DNA of 64,000 nucleotides from positions 64,001 to 128,000 of the IMG/VR virus record IMGVR_UViG_3300045806_000063; one strand, written 5' to 3'. Below are positions 11,201 through 20,815 of the stretch, in pieces; within the stretch, counting starts at the first letter, position 1, and each line of letters opens with the position of its first letter. This stretch comes from a virus. The notes beneath the pieces are model-generated. The model did no database searches. It was not told the origin of the DNA and saw nothing but the letters and a program-made list of their open reading frames with translations. A program made the translations under genes and the position numbers.

Positions 11201-12083
11201 TACTGATGATTTGGAAGCAGCTTTAGGTAAGGCTATGCAATTGATAGATAAGTTAAATAGCCGTGTAAACGAGTTAGAAAACCCAAAGACTACTCTGAAG
11301 GATATAGGGTATGGTACTGTACTAGCAGATAAAAATAACGACTCTAAGCACCTCTTAGTGCATCTCCATGAGGAGTTTCCAAATATGGAAGGTGATTTAT
11401 CATCACTTCATACTAGTGTTGAATATTCAGGGACTGATATTCATGGAGAGTCCTATAACCATACACTTCAGTTTAATAGTGGAGTTAAGGCGATCTGGCT
11501 TGAAAAACCTAACCAAGCCACTGCAGATTGTTTAGTCACAGGTCAACAGGTAAAGATGTATCAGGCAGGAGATGGAGATAAGTATTATTGGGAAGCATTA
11601 GGTAGACAAAAGGAGAAGATGAGAGCTGAGAAAAAGACATACGTCTTTAATGCTTCCAGCGCCCCTAAGGATACTGATATAAATGTAACTCCCGATAACC
11701 ACTATGTCTTTGAGATAAATGGCCAGGATGGTCATATCACTTTAACGACTTCAAAGGACAACGGAGAAGCTTGTACCTTTACGGTACAGTTAGATACAAA
11801 GAAAGGTGCATTTTCCATATCAGATAGTTTAAATAACCATTTTAATATCGATAGCGTAAATGCTAATTTCTTGTATCAGAATACTAAAGGTGGTAAGATT
11901 TCTGTGTCAGGAAAGGATATGGTATTAGAAGGAGAAACTCTTCATGCAAGTTTTACTAACATTATTTTAAACGGAGATACTCAAGTAGTAAAAACATTAA
12001 CAACTGCTAGCATCAAAAATAGCGGGGATATCGCCACTGCAACTATTGGTGATGTTCCGGTAGCTAATTACCAACATAGTTAA
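11178..12083 (+). CDS. Baseplate central spike/puncturing protein (phiKZ gp164-like)
   Basis: Lies directly after the SbcC gene as in phiKZ. OB-fold-like N-terminus, beta-repeat C-terminus ending in QHS. Confidence 0.6.
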   Translation: MRSIKMSSTDDLEAALGKAMQLIDKLNSRVNELENPKTTLKDIGYGTVLADKNNDSKHLLVHLHEEFPNMEGDLSSLHTSVEYSGTDIHGESYNHTLQFNSGVKAIWLEKPNQATADCLVTGQQVKMYQAGDGDKYYWEALGRQKEKMRAEKKTYVFNASSAPKDTDINVTPDNHYVFEINGQDGHITLTTSKDNGEACTFTVQLDTKKGAFSISDSLNNHFNIDSVNANFLYQNTKGGKISVSGKDMVLEGETLHASFTNIILNGDTQVVKTLTTASIKNSGDIATATIGDVPVANYQHS

Positions 12084-12224
12084 CAAGAGGAAACAAAATG
12101 AAATATCAAGTAAGGTGGCATTTTACTGATTGATGAATTTGAAACAGGGATGAGTCCAGACCTATTGGAAATATTCATTCCATAAACTTTTACACGTAGC
12201 TGACGTAGACTTAAGGAAAGCACA

Positions 12225-13820
12225 ATGAATACCAATCTAAAATGTTACATCAAAGGATCTCCGGAACAAGAATTTGACGAAACTGTTACTTATTCAGTTT
12301 TACAATTTTTACTAAACGATGAATCAAACTGCGCTGATCCATATCAGGCAAGTGTCGTTTTGGTGTCTGAATATGGTTTCGTATTAGTAAGACCAGTCCA
12401 TGAAATTTGGATCCTTGTTCCAGTTCCGACATTAATCCGGGTCAGATATGATCAGCCTGAATTTAGTTTTACTTTTGATAAAGTAGCTAGGGTAGAGATG
12501 GTTTGGCTCGATCCTGAAAATCCTTTAAGTGACAGGGCAATGGCGTTCACCTTTAAAGACCCATATCCTCCAGTGACAATTAATTTTGGATCGGATCTGG
12601 AGAATAATCCTGTTTACCAGGAGGCTAATCGTATCATGCTAAATTTAATGACAGCAGAACCACATAAGCGACCTGCTTCAGTTCTCCTCACTGATAAAAT
12701 AGAGAGTGATAAAATTGATGAAAGTCTGAAACCTTTATTTAAGGAGTCTGATAGAAGTATGATGCGAACAATGTATGGTTCTGCAGAGGCTCATGGGATG
12801 TTCAGTCCTTTCCCTCACCTAGATGAAAGTCTGAAACCTTTATTTAATATGGTTCGAGACTTTCATACAGAAACTATTGGTGAACTATCAGATAAAGAGG
12901 ATGGAGGGAATCAACTGGATGAGATGTCAGCTTATAAAAAATATGTAAAGGAACAAGAGGCTGAAGATGTTAAACCTTTATGTGAACTACGGCATACGGT
13001 AGTGGTAGCCAAGGCCGAAGAAGATGTAGCCGCCATGGTCAAATCTCTAGAAGGACCATCTAAGAAATTAAAAGGTATGACGGATCAGATAAATTTACTA
13101 CAATTGGTGGCTGACCATGAAGCTTCTGCCGGGAATGAGTTATCTCAGATCGTGCCCAAATATCCCGATGGGTTAGTGGCAGAACCAGATGGGGGGGATA
13201 AAGCGAGTGATGATTTATGCGAGTTCCTTCGGCGAGCGTACGAACGTTTAAGTAAGGATAAGGAATTAAATTTGAACAGTCCTGAGGGGTCTATCAGTTC
13301 TGAACATCTTCAAGAAATCTTTGATGAAAATAAAACGGAGCCTGATAGAAGTATGATGCGAACAATGTATGGTTCTGCAGAGGCTCATGAGATGTTCAGT
13401 CCTTTCCCTCACCTAGATGGAAGTATCAAAAGTTATTGTCTGGACTTGAATGAGTTACCTAAGGAGCTACCCACACCCTCGGGTAGAGATGTCGTAGTAC
13501 CTCAAACCGCTGAATGTATGAAAGTTTTGTCTGATTCAGTTCAGGGTGTAGATGAGAGAGCTGACAAGAAGATTGATGAAGCTTACCAGCGTCTTAATAA
13601 TGATGATTTGCGTGAGTTACAAGAGCCAGCCATTGAATGTTTATCCAAACATAAGTGGGAACCTCATCAGGACTCTCACTACTATCTACGTTATCTACGC
13701 CTTCGCAGTTGGGAGGAGGGTCCTAAACAATCATCTGGTTTCAGTGGCCAGAGTAAACCTCAGCCATGGCCTTTTGAAATTCTTATAAAAATCTTAAATA
13801 AATGTAAAGGTAAGGGTTAA
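12225..13820 (+). CDS. Hypothetical acidic protein with internal duplication
   Basis: 531-aa ORF with AAGGA RBS; repeated DRSMMRTMYGSAEAH.MFSPFPHLD. Confidence 0.75.
   Translation: MNTNLKCYIKGSPEQEFDETVTYSVLQFLLNDESNCADPYQASVVLVSEYGFVLVRPVHEIWILVPVPTLIRVRYDQPEFSFTFDKVARVEMVWLDPENPLSDRAMAFTFKDPYPPVTINFGSDLENNPVYQEANRIMLNLMTAEPHKRPASVLLTDKIESDKIDESLKPLFKESDRSMMRTMYGSAEAHGMFSPFPHLDESLKPLFNMVRDFHTETIGELSDKEDGGNQLDEMSAYKKYVKEQEAEDVKPLCELRHTVVVAKAEEDVAAMVKSLEGPSKKLKGMTDQINLLQLVADHEASAGNELSQIVPKYPDGLVAEPDGGDKASDDLCEFLRRAYERLSKDKELNLNSPEGSISSEHLQEIFDENKTEPDRSMMRTMYGSAEAHEMFSPFPHLDGSIKSYCLDLNELPKELPTPSGRDVVVPQTAECMKVLSDSVQGVDERADKKIDEAYQRLNNDDLRELQEPAIECLSKHKWEPHQDSHYYLRYLRLRSWEEGPKQSSGFSGQSKPQPWPFEILIKILNKCKGKG
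12748..13424 (+). repeat. 83-bp direct repeat (12748-12830 and 13342-13424) plus 25-bp repeat (12717-12741, 12822-12846)
   Basis: Direct comparison: 2 mismatches in 83 bp. Confidence 0.9.
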
Positions 13821-13822
13821 AA

Positions 13823-14719
13823 ATGAAAGAGTATTTTGACTTAATTAATGCCATCCAAAAGGACGGAGAGTTTACTGGAGATAGAACTGGTATGGGAACT
13901 CAATCTCTTTTCGGGTATCAGTACCGGATTGATTTAAGAAAAGGATTTCCATTACTGACTTCTAAGAAGATGAATTATAAAAAGATCTTTTTGGATATGC
14001 TTTGGATGTTATCAGGTTCAACGAATGTAAAGGACTTGCATAAAGACGGAGTTCATATTTGGGATTCTTGGGCTACCGAAGATGGTAATCTAGGTCCTAT
14101 CTATGGAAAATTGTGGAGGAGATGGTCAGCTGGTAGGGTTAAGACAGATAGTAGATTTTGCCCAGAAAATATGGAGACTACATTATCAATTTCAACTAGA
14201 GTGATCGATCAGATTAGTACGGTAATTGAGAAGATCAAAAAGTTTTCAAATTCAAGAGCTTTAATTGTAACTGCATGGGATCCTGATACAGTACCGGATG
14301 AATCAGTCAGTCCCCAAGAGAATGTAAGACAAGGGAGACAATCTCTAGCATCATGTCAGACATTGTTTCAGTTTAAAGTCTACGGTAATCATTTAGATCT
14401 TCAGTTATATCAAAGGTCGGCAGATTGTATGCTAGGGGTGCCGTATAACCTAGCAGAATATGCATTGTTACTTCACATGGTGGCTCAACAGTGTGACCTG
14501 GTTCCTAGGTTCTTCATTCATAGTTTCGGTGATGCGCATATTTATAATCACCATCGTGAAACTGTAGCGTATCAGTTGACTAGAGAGCATGATCTTTATG
14601 ATCTACCTACTCTGGTTATTAAGAGAAAGCCTGAATCAATCTTTAAGTACACTTTGGATGATTTTGAAATTATTGACTATGAGTGCCATCAAGCTATCGA
14701 GTTTAAAGTAGCAGTTTAA
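13823..14719 (+). CDS. thyA: Thymidylate synthase
   Basis: DRTGMGT, GFPLLTSKK, LGPIYG, LASCQTLFQF, YQRSAD, GVPYN, HSFGDAHIY motifs. Confidence 0.97.
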   Translation: MKEYFDLINAIQKDGEFTGDRTGMGTQSLFGYQYRIDLRKGFPLLTSKKMNYKKIFLDMLWMLSGSTNVKDLHKDGVHIWDSWATEDGNLGPIYGKLWRRWSAGRVKTDSRFCPENMETTLSISTRVIDQISTVIEKIKKFSNSRALIVTAWDPDTVPDESVSPQENVRQGRQSLASCQTLFQFKVYGNHLDLQLYQRSADCMLGVPYNLAEYALLLHMVAQQCDLVPRFFIHSFGDAHIYNHHRETVAYQLTREHDLYDLPTLVIKRKPESIFKYTLDDFEIIDYECHQAIEFKVAV

Positions 14720-14729
14720 TTATTACATT

Positions 14730-14760
14730 TAGTCTCCTGTCATTAAATGACAGGAGACTA
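14730..14760. terminator. Palindromic hairpin (TAA centre)
   Basis: tagtctcctgtcat-taa-atgacaggagacta. Confidence 0.8.
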
Positions 14761-14777
14761 TCTAATGGAGGAATAAA

Positions 14778-15029
14778 ATGAAAAAACCTATAACTGTAAT
14801 TAAATCAACCTTTGAACAAAGGGAGGAACGAAGAGAGTTAGAAGAAGATATTAAGGATAATATCCGAGAAGTGATTCATTCTATTTTAATAGGTACTGTT
14901 GATACACATTTCGTAGGAGACATCGATGTAACTGTACGTGGTAGCAGGGAAGGTATAGTTCGTAAATCTAGTCTTACTATAAGGGTTGAAAACCCAGTAA
15001 CTTATACAAGGGCCAATACGATAGAATGA
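14778..15029 (+). CDS. Hypothetical protein
   Basis: GGAGG RBS; stop overlaps the next start. Confidence 0.7.
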   Translation: MKKPITVIKSTFEQREERRELEEDIKDNIREVIHSILIGTVDTHFVGDIDVTVRGSREGIVRKSSLTIRVENPVTYTRANTIE

Positions 15030-15277
15030 AAATCATATCACATCCTGGTGAAACAATAAAAGTTCTTTACTTTGAACCTTTAAATGTATCTCAGGCTACA
15101 TTTGGTAAAATGGTAGGTATAGATCAGAGAACAGTTTCAAAATTATTAGCAGGGAAAATTCCCATTACTACTAATCTAGCTACCAAGTTAGAGCGTTCAA
15201 TAGGCGACACTGCTGCAAGTTGGCTATTGCAACAACAGTGGTACGATTTAGCACAACAGAGGAAAACTAATGATTAG
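15026..15277 (+). CDS. higA: HigA-family XRE HTH antitoxin-like protein
   Basis: HPGE start, HTH (SQATFGKMVGIDQRTVSKLLAGK), WLLQQQWYDL end, all typical of HigA/VapI. Confidence 0.85.
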   Translation: MKIISHPGETIKVLYFEPLNVSQATFGKMVGIDQRTVSKLLAGKIPITTNLATKLERSIGDTAASWLLQQQWYDLAQQRKTND

Positions 15278-15644
15278 TACACAACGTAAGTCTACCTTTG
15301 AAAGCAGAGAATATAATAGAAAGTGTCTGAACTACTATCGGCAAAGTTTTGCCGATAGTTACAATGGGTTAGAGGCTGAAGTAATAACGAGATATATCCG
15401 ACATGCGTCATCATCTATTGCAAAGGCAAGTAGATTATTGACCTATGGTCCTCTTTATGGACATATGGTGGATTGCTTCATAAATACCTTGACAGACGTA
15501 GAATTGGATATAAAAGATTTACAAGAAGAAGGTATAATCGAATCTGACCAGTATGCTAATATGGTAGCGGAATCTAAACTTTATAGACCGCCGCTAACTT
15601 CCTTACATAGAGAAGTGCTAGAGAATACTAAGTGGTCTTTTTAA
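15270..15644 (+). CDS. Hypothetical protein
   Basis: Translationally coupled ORF. Confidence 0.65.
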   Translation: MISTQRKSTFESREYNRKCLNYYRQSFADSYNGLEAEVITRYIRHASSSIAKASRLLTYGPLYGHMVDCFINTLTDVELDIKDLQEEGIIESDQYANMVAESKLYRPPLTSLHREVLENTKWSF

Positions 15645-15658
15645 ACTGGAGATATTAA

Positions 15659-16168
15659 ATGGCAATTTCAATAGTGGTTACGATAGATCCTAATGGGGTA
15701 ATTGCTCTTAATGGGGATCTACCTTGGCAATACTCGAAAGCATTAGAACACTTTGCTCCTATCACACGAGCTATGCCTGTTGTATTAGGGTTCAATGCCT
15801 TCCGCTGTACGTCTAACAGTATCAAACGTACCCATAACTTATACTCTCTTTCACGTCGCAATACGGAAGGATTAGTTCAATTGATGGACGGTCTCTTTAC
15901 TTCAAATAGTCTGGAGAATGTAATAGAAGCTGAAGCAAAGATAGGGAATACTGATTTAGTAGTACTTGGAGGGTATGATCTGTTTGAATTAGTCCTCCCA
16001 TTTGCGGTAAGGATCTATTTTACTAAGATGCATCTTCCTGTAGAATATACAGAAAAGGATACCATTATTAAATTTCCTCAATTCAGTAAACGAGAATGGG
16101 AGTGTACCGAATTAGTTCGTGCAAAGGACTGTAGTCATATAACGTATACACGGAAAGTTCAAAAATAG
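15659..16168 (+). CDS. folA: Dihydrofolate reductase
   Basis: VIALNGDLPW, VVLGFNAF, VLGGYDLF, IYFTKMH, FPQF..REW motifs; near thyA. Confidence 0.88.
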   Translation: MAISIVVTIDPNGVIALNGDLPWQYSKALEHFAPITRAMPVVLGFNAFRCTSNSIKRTHNLYSLSRRNTEGLVQLMDGLFTSNSLENVIEAEAKIGNTDLVVLGGYDLFELVLPFAVRIYFTKMHLPVEYTEKDTIIKFPQFSKREWECTELVRAKDCSHITYTRKVQK

Positions 16169-16172
16169 TTAA

Positions 16173-16186
16173 AAGATATATTATCT
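16173..16186 (+). promoter_or_regulatory. Putative early (virion RNAP) promoter
   Basis: aagatatattatct matches a motif found 9 times upstream of accessory genes. Confidence 0.6.
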
Positions 16187-16234
16187 GAGAGATGCAGCAA
16201 GTTCTGCATCTCCCTTATTCATTTTGGAGAATTT

Positions 16235-16429
16235 ATGGAAATCAGTAGAGTGAGAGTATCTTTAGAGGATCTTGATTTTTGTCTAATGGAGTTACAATCA
16301 GAAGGCACTCCAGCAATAGGTGTAGCGCCTGTGGATAACGACCCTGAAATGGTTGAGGTAACATATATCTCCAATGATACTGGAGAGGTTAAAAGAACTT
16401 CTAATTTATGCGCAAAGTTAACAGACTAA
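16235..16429 (+). CDS. Hypothetical protein
   Basis: GGAG RBS, downstream of the promoter motif. Confidence 0.65.
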   Translation: MEISRVRVSLEDLDFCLMELQSEGTPAIGVAPVDNDPEMVEVTYISNDTGEVKRTSNLCAKLTD

Positions 16430-16602
16430 ATTCAATGCTAAGAAATATTAAATTATTTTCTATGATGATTATAGAGGACGCTGTTACAATTGCTGGAATC
16501 TTTATTCTGTTAGCCATCGCTACGATCATCTATGGTTTAATTTCCTTGGCATTCTGGTCAGTGGTTTTTACATTTATAGGTGCAGGAATCTCTATCTTTT
16601 AA
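16408..16602 (+). CDS. Small membrane protein
   Basis: Two hydrophobic segments in 64 aa. Confidence 0.5.
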   Translation: MRKVNRLNSMLRNIKLFSMMIIEDAVTIAGIFILLAIATIIYGLISLAFWSVVFTFIGAGISIF

Positions 16603-16684
16603 ACTATCGCACATACCTTGCGGTGATGAAAATCGAGAAATTGATGCCAGGAACAAAAGACGAGGATATTAGTAATTTCAATTG

Positions 16685-16723
16685 ATTGATGATGCAGAGC
16701 CCTAAGGGCTCTGCATCATCAAT
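16685..16723. terminator. Bidirectional palindromic terminator between convergent genes
   Basis: attgatgatgcagagccc-taa-gggctctgcatcatcaat. Confidence 0.85.
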
Positions 16724-16813
16724 AAACTATTTTACTTTTTTTATTTTCAATTTAATCCGTTTGAATATACCTTTGAAAATCAAAAAGAATACTTCAATGA
16801 ATAAGTTCCTCAT

Positions 16814-17638
16814 TTATCTTCCTAATGTTTTTATACGTTTTAGACTTTCCGTATGAGCGTATGCAGCCACTTTAATTAAGTGGATCACTAATGCCAATAG
16901 TTCGAGTTCTTTAGCTCCTTGGTATACCAAGGTCGAGATCATTTGAGATTTAGCCTGACTAAGAGACGATAAATGATTTTCATTTTTTCTTTCAGCATCT
17001 GCTAGCTTTCTAAAGTTATTAGATAACTCTTCAGCCTTTTCAGATAACTTCAAGCTTATAATTTTACCAGCTGCAGTCACTGTACCATCGATTAATTTTT
17101 CAATAGTCTTTATACCAGTTGAATCTTTATAGATATCGTAAAACTTTCTTTCAGCCAAAGCTTCATCACTTCCTCCACTCTGATTAAAGAACCCTTGTAA
17201 TTGTTTTAAATTCTCCTCAACTGAATCATCGTAGGTTGGTAATAGCCAGATCTCATCTGCATAATTAGGCTGTGTTGCCATTTTTAAAGCCCATATATTT
17301 AAAGGGTCAATCAACCTAACACCTACGTCTTTGTAACTGACTATTATTTTATCCAGTAGTTGTAGATATTCAATGTACTTACCCTGTACATATTCTGGGG
17401 TATAAATCGTAAAATGTTCAAGTTCAGTCCTGCTAAACTTTGAAATGATACTTACTGCTTGAGCTGAATCAGAAGCAAGCAAGTTAGCAGGAGATGCAGT
17501 AGCTAAAAACTGAGGAACCAATTTACTGACATACCCTGAGAAGTACTTTGTAATCTTTTCAATATTAAGTCCTTCAAGTCCTATGTCTGGATGACTGTAA
17601 AGATCAGAAGATAGGAGAAACGCATTATCGTGTGGCAT
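16814..17638 (-). CDS. Probable processed head protein (phiKZ gp119-like by position)
   Basis: Divergent from the DnaB-like gene as in phiKZ. N-terminal G20-L21-E22 candidate propeptide cleavage site. Confidence 0.55.
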   Translation of the reverse strand: MPHDNAFLLSSDLYSHPDIGLEGLNIEKITKYFSGYVSKLVPQFLATASPANLLASDSAQAVSIISKFSRTELEHFTIYTPEYVQGKYIEYLQLLDKIIVSYKDVGVRLIDPLNIWALKMATQPNYADEIWLLPTYDDSVEENLKQLQGFFNQSGGSDEALAERKFYDIYKDSTGIKTIEKLIDGTVTAAGKIISLKLSEKAEELSNNFRKLADAERKNENHLSSLSQAKSQMISTLVYQGAKELELLALVIHLIKVAAYAHTESLKRIKTLGR

Positions 17639-17711
17639 GGAAATTCCTTAATAAAAATGAGTGAAAGCTATTTTATAGTAAACAAATAACAATGAGCAAT
17701 GAGGATTAGAT

Positions 17712-19232
17712 ATGAGTTTTGGTTCAAGAGTACCTTCCACTCCAATTTTAACACCGATGTATAACCTCGGATATATGTTAGACATTCCAACCGGCGAATA
17801 CCATGAAGGAGAATATGGGAATTATGTGCTCAATGGCGGCTGGGGTGACATTATGTCAATCACTGGCATTGGTCACAGTTATAAGTCAACAGAGAACACC
17901 TGCTTTGAACTTAGGGTATTAGACCGTTACCTTTGTGCAGAAGCTCATAAGTATGATTCGGAAAATGTTATGTCTCCAAGTCGTGCAAATGAACTAGGTA
18001 TCCGTATGGTCAATATCAGCAAAATAGATTTCATGGATCCAGATGACCCAAACATTGGTAGATATACCATTTCATCAATGGGAACAGTTACTGCTGATGG
18101 TAAAGTGTTTTACGGTGATTTATTCCAAGAACAAGTGCAAAATTATGCTTTAGAAGTATTTAAAGATAAGAAAGCGAAGTTATACACTACTCCTTTCTTT
18201 ATAGGAAAACATCAGGTTAAGGTTAAAAAACCATTGTTCCTCTCATACGATTCCCTTTCCATGCTGAAGTTCAGTAAGATAGAGGAAGGTGTGGTAGAGG
18301 ATCATAAACTTGGAGATAGTGAACAGAATACGATAGCAATGACAGAAGGTAGACTCAAAACGCAGCTGAATAACTCAATGCCTGCATTATGTAGGATGGC
18401 AGAAATTCGTATATGCATGACTGCTCATACCCAGAAAGTAGGAGGGATAGTAGGTAAGTTTGATGCTCCTAAACAACGACTAATCTATGGTAAACGGGAT
18501 TACGAGATTAAAGGAGTAGGTACCTCTTTCATTAAAATCAATGGTCTTATTATAGATATTCAGTCTTGTGATAAGTTTAACAATAAAGAAGCTAAGACTG
18601 GAGTGATGTACCCTCTAGTAGAATCCGATAGAAGTGAGCACTGTACTGATTTGAATCTGCTAACAATCGTGATAGCCAGAAACAAGACTGGCTCATCAGG
18701 TATGACAATTAGTCATATAGTGTCACAAAGAGAAGGTATATTAGAACATCTTGGTATGTTTAAAACATTAAGAGATCATGGACCTGGTATAGGGTTTGGA
18801 ATGACTGGGGATAAAACAAAGCAAAGCCATGTTATGGTTCCTGATATTACCTTAACCCGCACTACTGTTAGAGAAAAGATCAACAATAGCTACACTTTAC
18901 GAAGGGCATTTGAAGTAACATCAGAACTCCTGCAACAGCGCTATATCTTTTCCCCTGAATCAAACATCTACTGGTGCACTCCAGAGGAACTGTACAAAGA
19001 TATTAAAGAGCAAGGGTATAACTGGGAAACTCTGTTAGGAAAGTCAAGATACTACTGGGTCTTTAAAGAAGAAGAACATATGAACCTACCACAGTTAACA
19101 ACAATGGATTTATTGAGAATGCGAGCTGGCTTATATACACCTTACTGGTTAAAGTCAGATTTTATTGAAAAAGCAAAAGGTAAGTTAAGAGAAGTACTCG
19201 ATACTATACCAAAAACAGAATTGAGGGGCTGA
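17712..19232 (+). CDS. dnaB: phiKZ-type DnaB-like replicative helicase (gp118-like)
   Basis: N-terminal LDIPTGEY...NGG, Walker A-like GIGHSYKST, Walker B LSYDS, ICMTAH, RNKTGSSG, C-terminal TMDLLRMRAG.Y.PYW. Confidence 0.85.
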   Translation: MSFGSRVPSTPILTPMYNLGYMLDIPTGEYHEGEYGNYVLNGGWGDIMSITGIGHSYKSTENTCFELRVLDRYLCAEAHKYDSENVMSPSRANELGIRMVNISKIDFMDPDDPNIGRYTISSMGTVTADGKVFYGDLFQEQVQNYALEVFKDKKAKLYTTPFFIGKHQVKVKKPLFLSYDSLSMLKFSKIEEGVVEDHKLGDSEQNTIAMTEGRLKTQLNNSMPALCRMAEIRICMTAHTQKVGGIVGKFDAPKQRLIYGKRDYEIKGVGTSFIKINGLIIDIQSCDKFNNKEAKTGVMYPLVESDRSEHCTDLNLLTIVIARNKTGSSGMTISHIVSQREGILEHLGMFKTLRDHGPGIGFGMTGDKTKQSHVMVPDITLTRTTVREKINNSYTLRRAFEVTSELLQQRYIFSPESNIYWCTPEELYKDIKEQGYNWETLLGKSRYYWVFKEEEHMNLPQLTTMDLLRMRAGLYTPYWLKSDFIEKAKGKLREVLDTIPKTELRG

Positions 19233-19233
19233 T

Positions 19234-19530
19234 ATGGCTAAGGCAAAAGAAAATGTCATTCATTCCATTAGATTAATGGCAATGGCATCGTTTGACACTG
19301 ATAAAGTAAGATCATTAAATGAGTTGTTAAACCTACCAGTAGAAGGTAATAAGGAGGACAATGGTAGTCAGATCGATAACATTAATGCTAGCTTAGAAAC
19401 AGTATTACGGAATCATGCTGATACCACGGATATACGCTTACATCTTGAGCCTACCTCAGATGTTAAAGCTTATGTTAATATGTTAAAGGTATCCGTACTA
19501 CCAATGATGATAGAGAAAGGAATTCTCTAA
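19234..19530 (+). CDS. Hypothetical protein
   Basis: Coupled ORF between the helicase and the RNAP beta-C gene. Confidence 0.7.
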   Translation: MAKAKENVIHSIRLMAMASFDTDKVRSLNELLNLPVEGNKEDNGSQIDNINASLETVLRNHADTTDIRLHLEPTSDVKAYVNMLKVSVLPMMIEKGIL

Positions 19531-20195
19531 TGAAACGTAGAAAAGAAGCCACTGAGTATTGGATTAATTTAATCACTGATCTAAAGAAAGGCAATCAAAA
19601 CATTGCCTTTTACACAAAGTATCTAAATAACTTATCAGACAAAGCTTTTGATGATTTAGTGGACTTATGTGATACTGGTAATAAGATTTTACCTTACTAT
19701 GCCCCGAATATAACTGAACCAGATCTCGATGTTGCAGACTGTATTAGAGTAGGTAAGAAATTAAAGCTTAACTTCTTCCAACGATACATAAAGACCTCAC
19801 CTAGTACGGGAGTTAGACGTTTAACACCTAAACGGTACCCTGTTTTATTAGTTCCATGGAGACGTTTATCGCAGCATGTATCAATTAAAAAGTCAGTAGC
19901 TGAAGATACAAAGCATATTGATAATTTATCAGGGCAGGTTATTGGAGCTAGTAAGACTGCAAAGATGTCAAATCCTGAGCTACAGGTATTAGATGCTAAA
20001 AATCTTCATCATGGAATATATGAGCTTGCTGGTGTAAAAGGGGGTAATGTTAAAGGACTAAAGCTAGCACAGCGGGATATAATTAATCATGGGACATTCT
20101 CACTTGAGGATATAAAGAATTCAGGGCATCGTGCCAAATCACTTGATACAGCTAACGCAATACTGCGTGGTATGTTATATGACTCCAACTTATAG
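19530..20195 (+). CDS. Virion RNA polymerase beta C-terminal subunit (phiKZ gp149-like)
   Basis: SNPELQVLDAKNLHHGIYELAGVKGGNVKG aligns by eye with the RpoB C-terminal [30 protein letters not shown]; size ~220 aa. Confidence 0.7.
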   Translation: MKRRKEATEYWINLITDLKKGNQNIAFYTKYLNNLSDKAFDDLVDLCDTGNKILPYYAPNITEPDLDVADCIRVGKKLKLNFFQRYIKTSPSTGVRRLTPKRYPVLLVPWRRLSQHVSIKKSVAEDTKHIDNLSGQVIGASKTAKMSNPELQVLDAKNLHHGIYELAGVKGGNVKGLKLAQRDIINHGTFSLEDIKNSGHRAKSLDTANAILRGMLYDSNL

Positions 20196-20203
20196 GAAAA
20201 ACA

Positions 20204-20815
20204 ATGCAACTGACTAATAGTTTAAAACATCAAATCGGTACAACCGCTTATGACTCTGCGGTAGCATTGATTAAAAAATACCCTTCATTAACCAAAAGAG
20301 AAGTAGCTCATCTACTAGGTCAGTGTTCACAGGAGAGTATGAACTTTCTGCGAGTACGTGAAAACCTGAACTATAATGCTGCAGGTCTTTTCAGTATGTT
20401 TAAGTCTCATTTTAGCACCCTTGCTTCAGCTGAAGCATATGCGCATAATCCTGAAAAAATAGGAAACTATGTATATGCTAATCGTGAAGGTAATGGAGAT
20501 GAACAATCTGGTGACGGTTATCGTAATAGAGGGGTAGGTTATATCGGACTTACCTTTAAAAACAACATTGAAGCCTTTTGTAAGTTTGCAGGTATACCAT
20601 TGGATACCGATCCAGACAAGATAGCTTCGAATTATTCCTTAGAAGTAGCGCATTACTTTTTTCATGTTAACCATATCTATCCGCTATGTGTTGATGTGTC
20701 AGAAGCTGCAGTGGCTAATGTTACTCGTAAAATCAACAAAGGTCCTCTGGGAGAAATAGGTTTTGATCATCGATTAGCAAACACAAAACTATACGATACT
20801 CTGATAAACCCATGA
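20204..20815 (+). CDS. Glycoside hydrolase family 19 endolysin
   Basis: AHLLGQCSQES, ENLNY, YANREGNGDEQSGDGYRNRG.GYIGLTFKNN GH19 motifs. Confidence 0.92.
   Translation: MQLTNSLKHQIGTTAYDSAVALIKKYPSLTKREVAHLLGQCSQESMNFLRVRENLNYNAAGLFSMFKSHFSTLASAEAYAHNPEKIGNYVYANREGNGDEQSGDGYRNRGVGYIGLTFKNNIEAFCKFAGIPLDTDPDKIASNYSLEVAHYFFHVNHIYPLCVDVSEAAVANVTRKINKGPLGEIGFDHRLANTKLYDTLINP

Noticed and set aside
12748-13424. DGR template/variable repeat pair
   Set aside because: Only 2 mismatches, one in each direction rather than a cluster of adenine-specific changes; both copies are mid-gene; no reverse transcriptase in the window.
14778-15277. Complete HigBA toxin-antitoxin pair
   Set aside because: The upstream 83-aa ORF lacks recognisable RelE/HigB features; kept only as an orphan antitoxin
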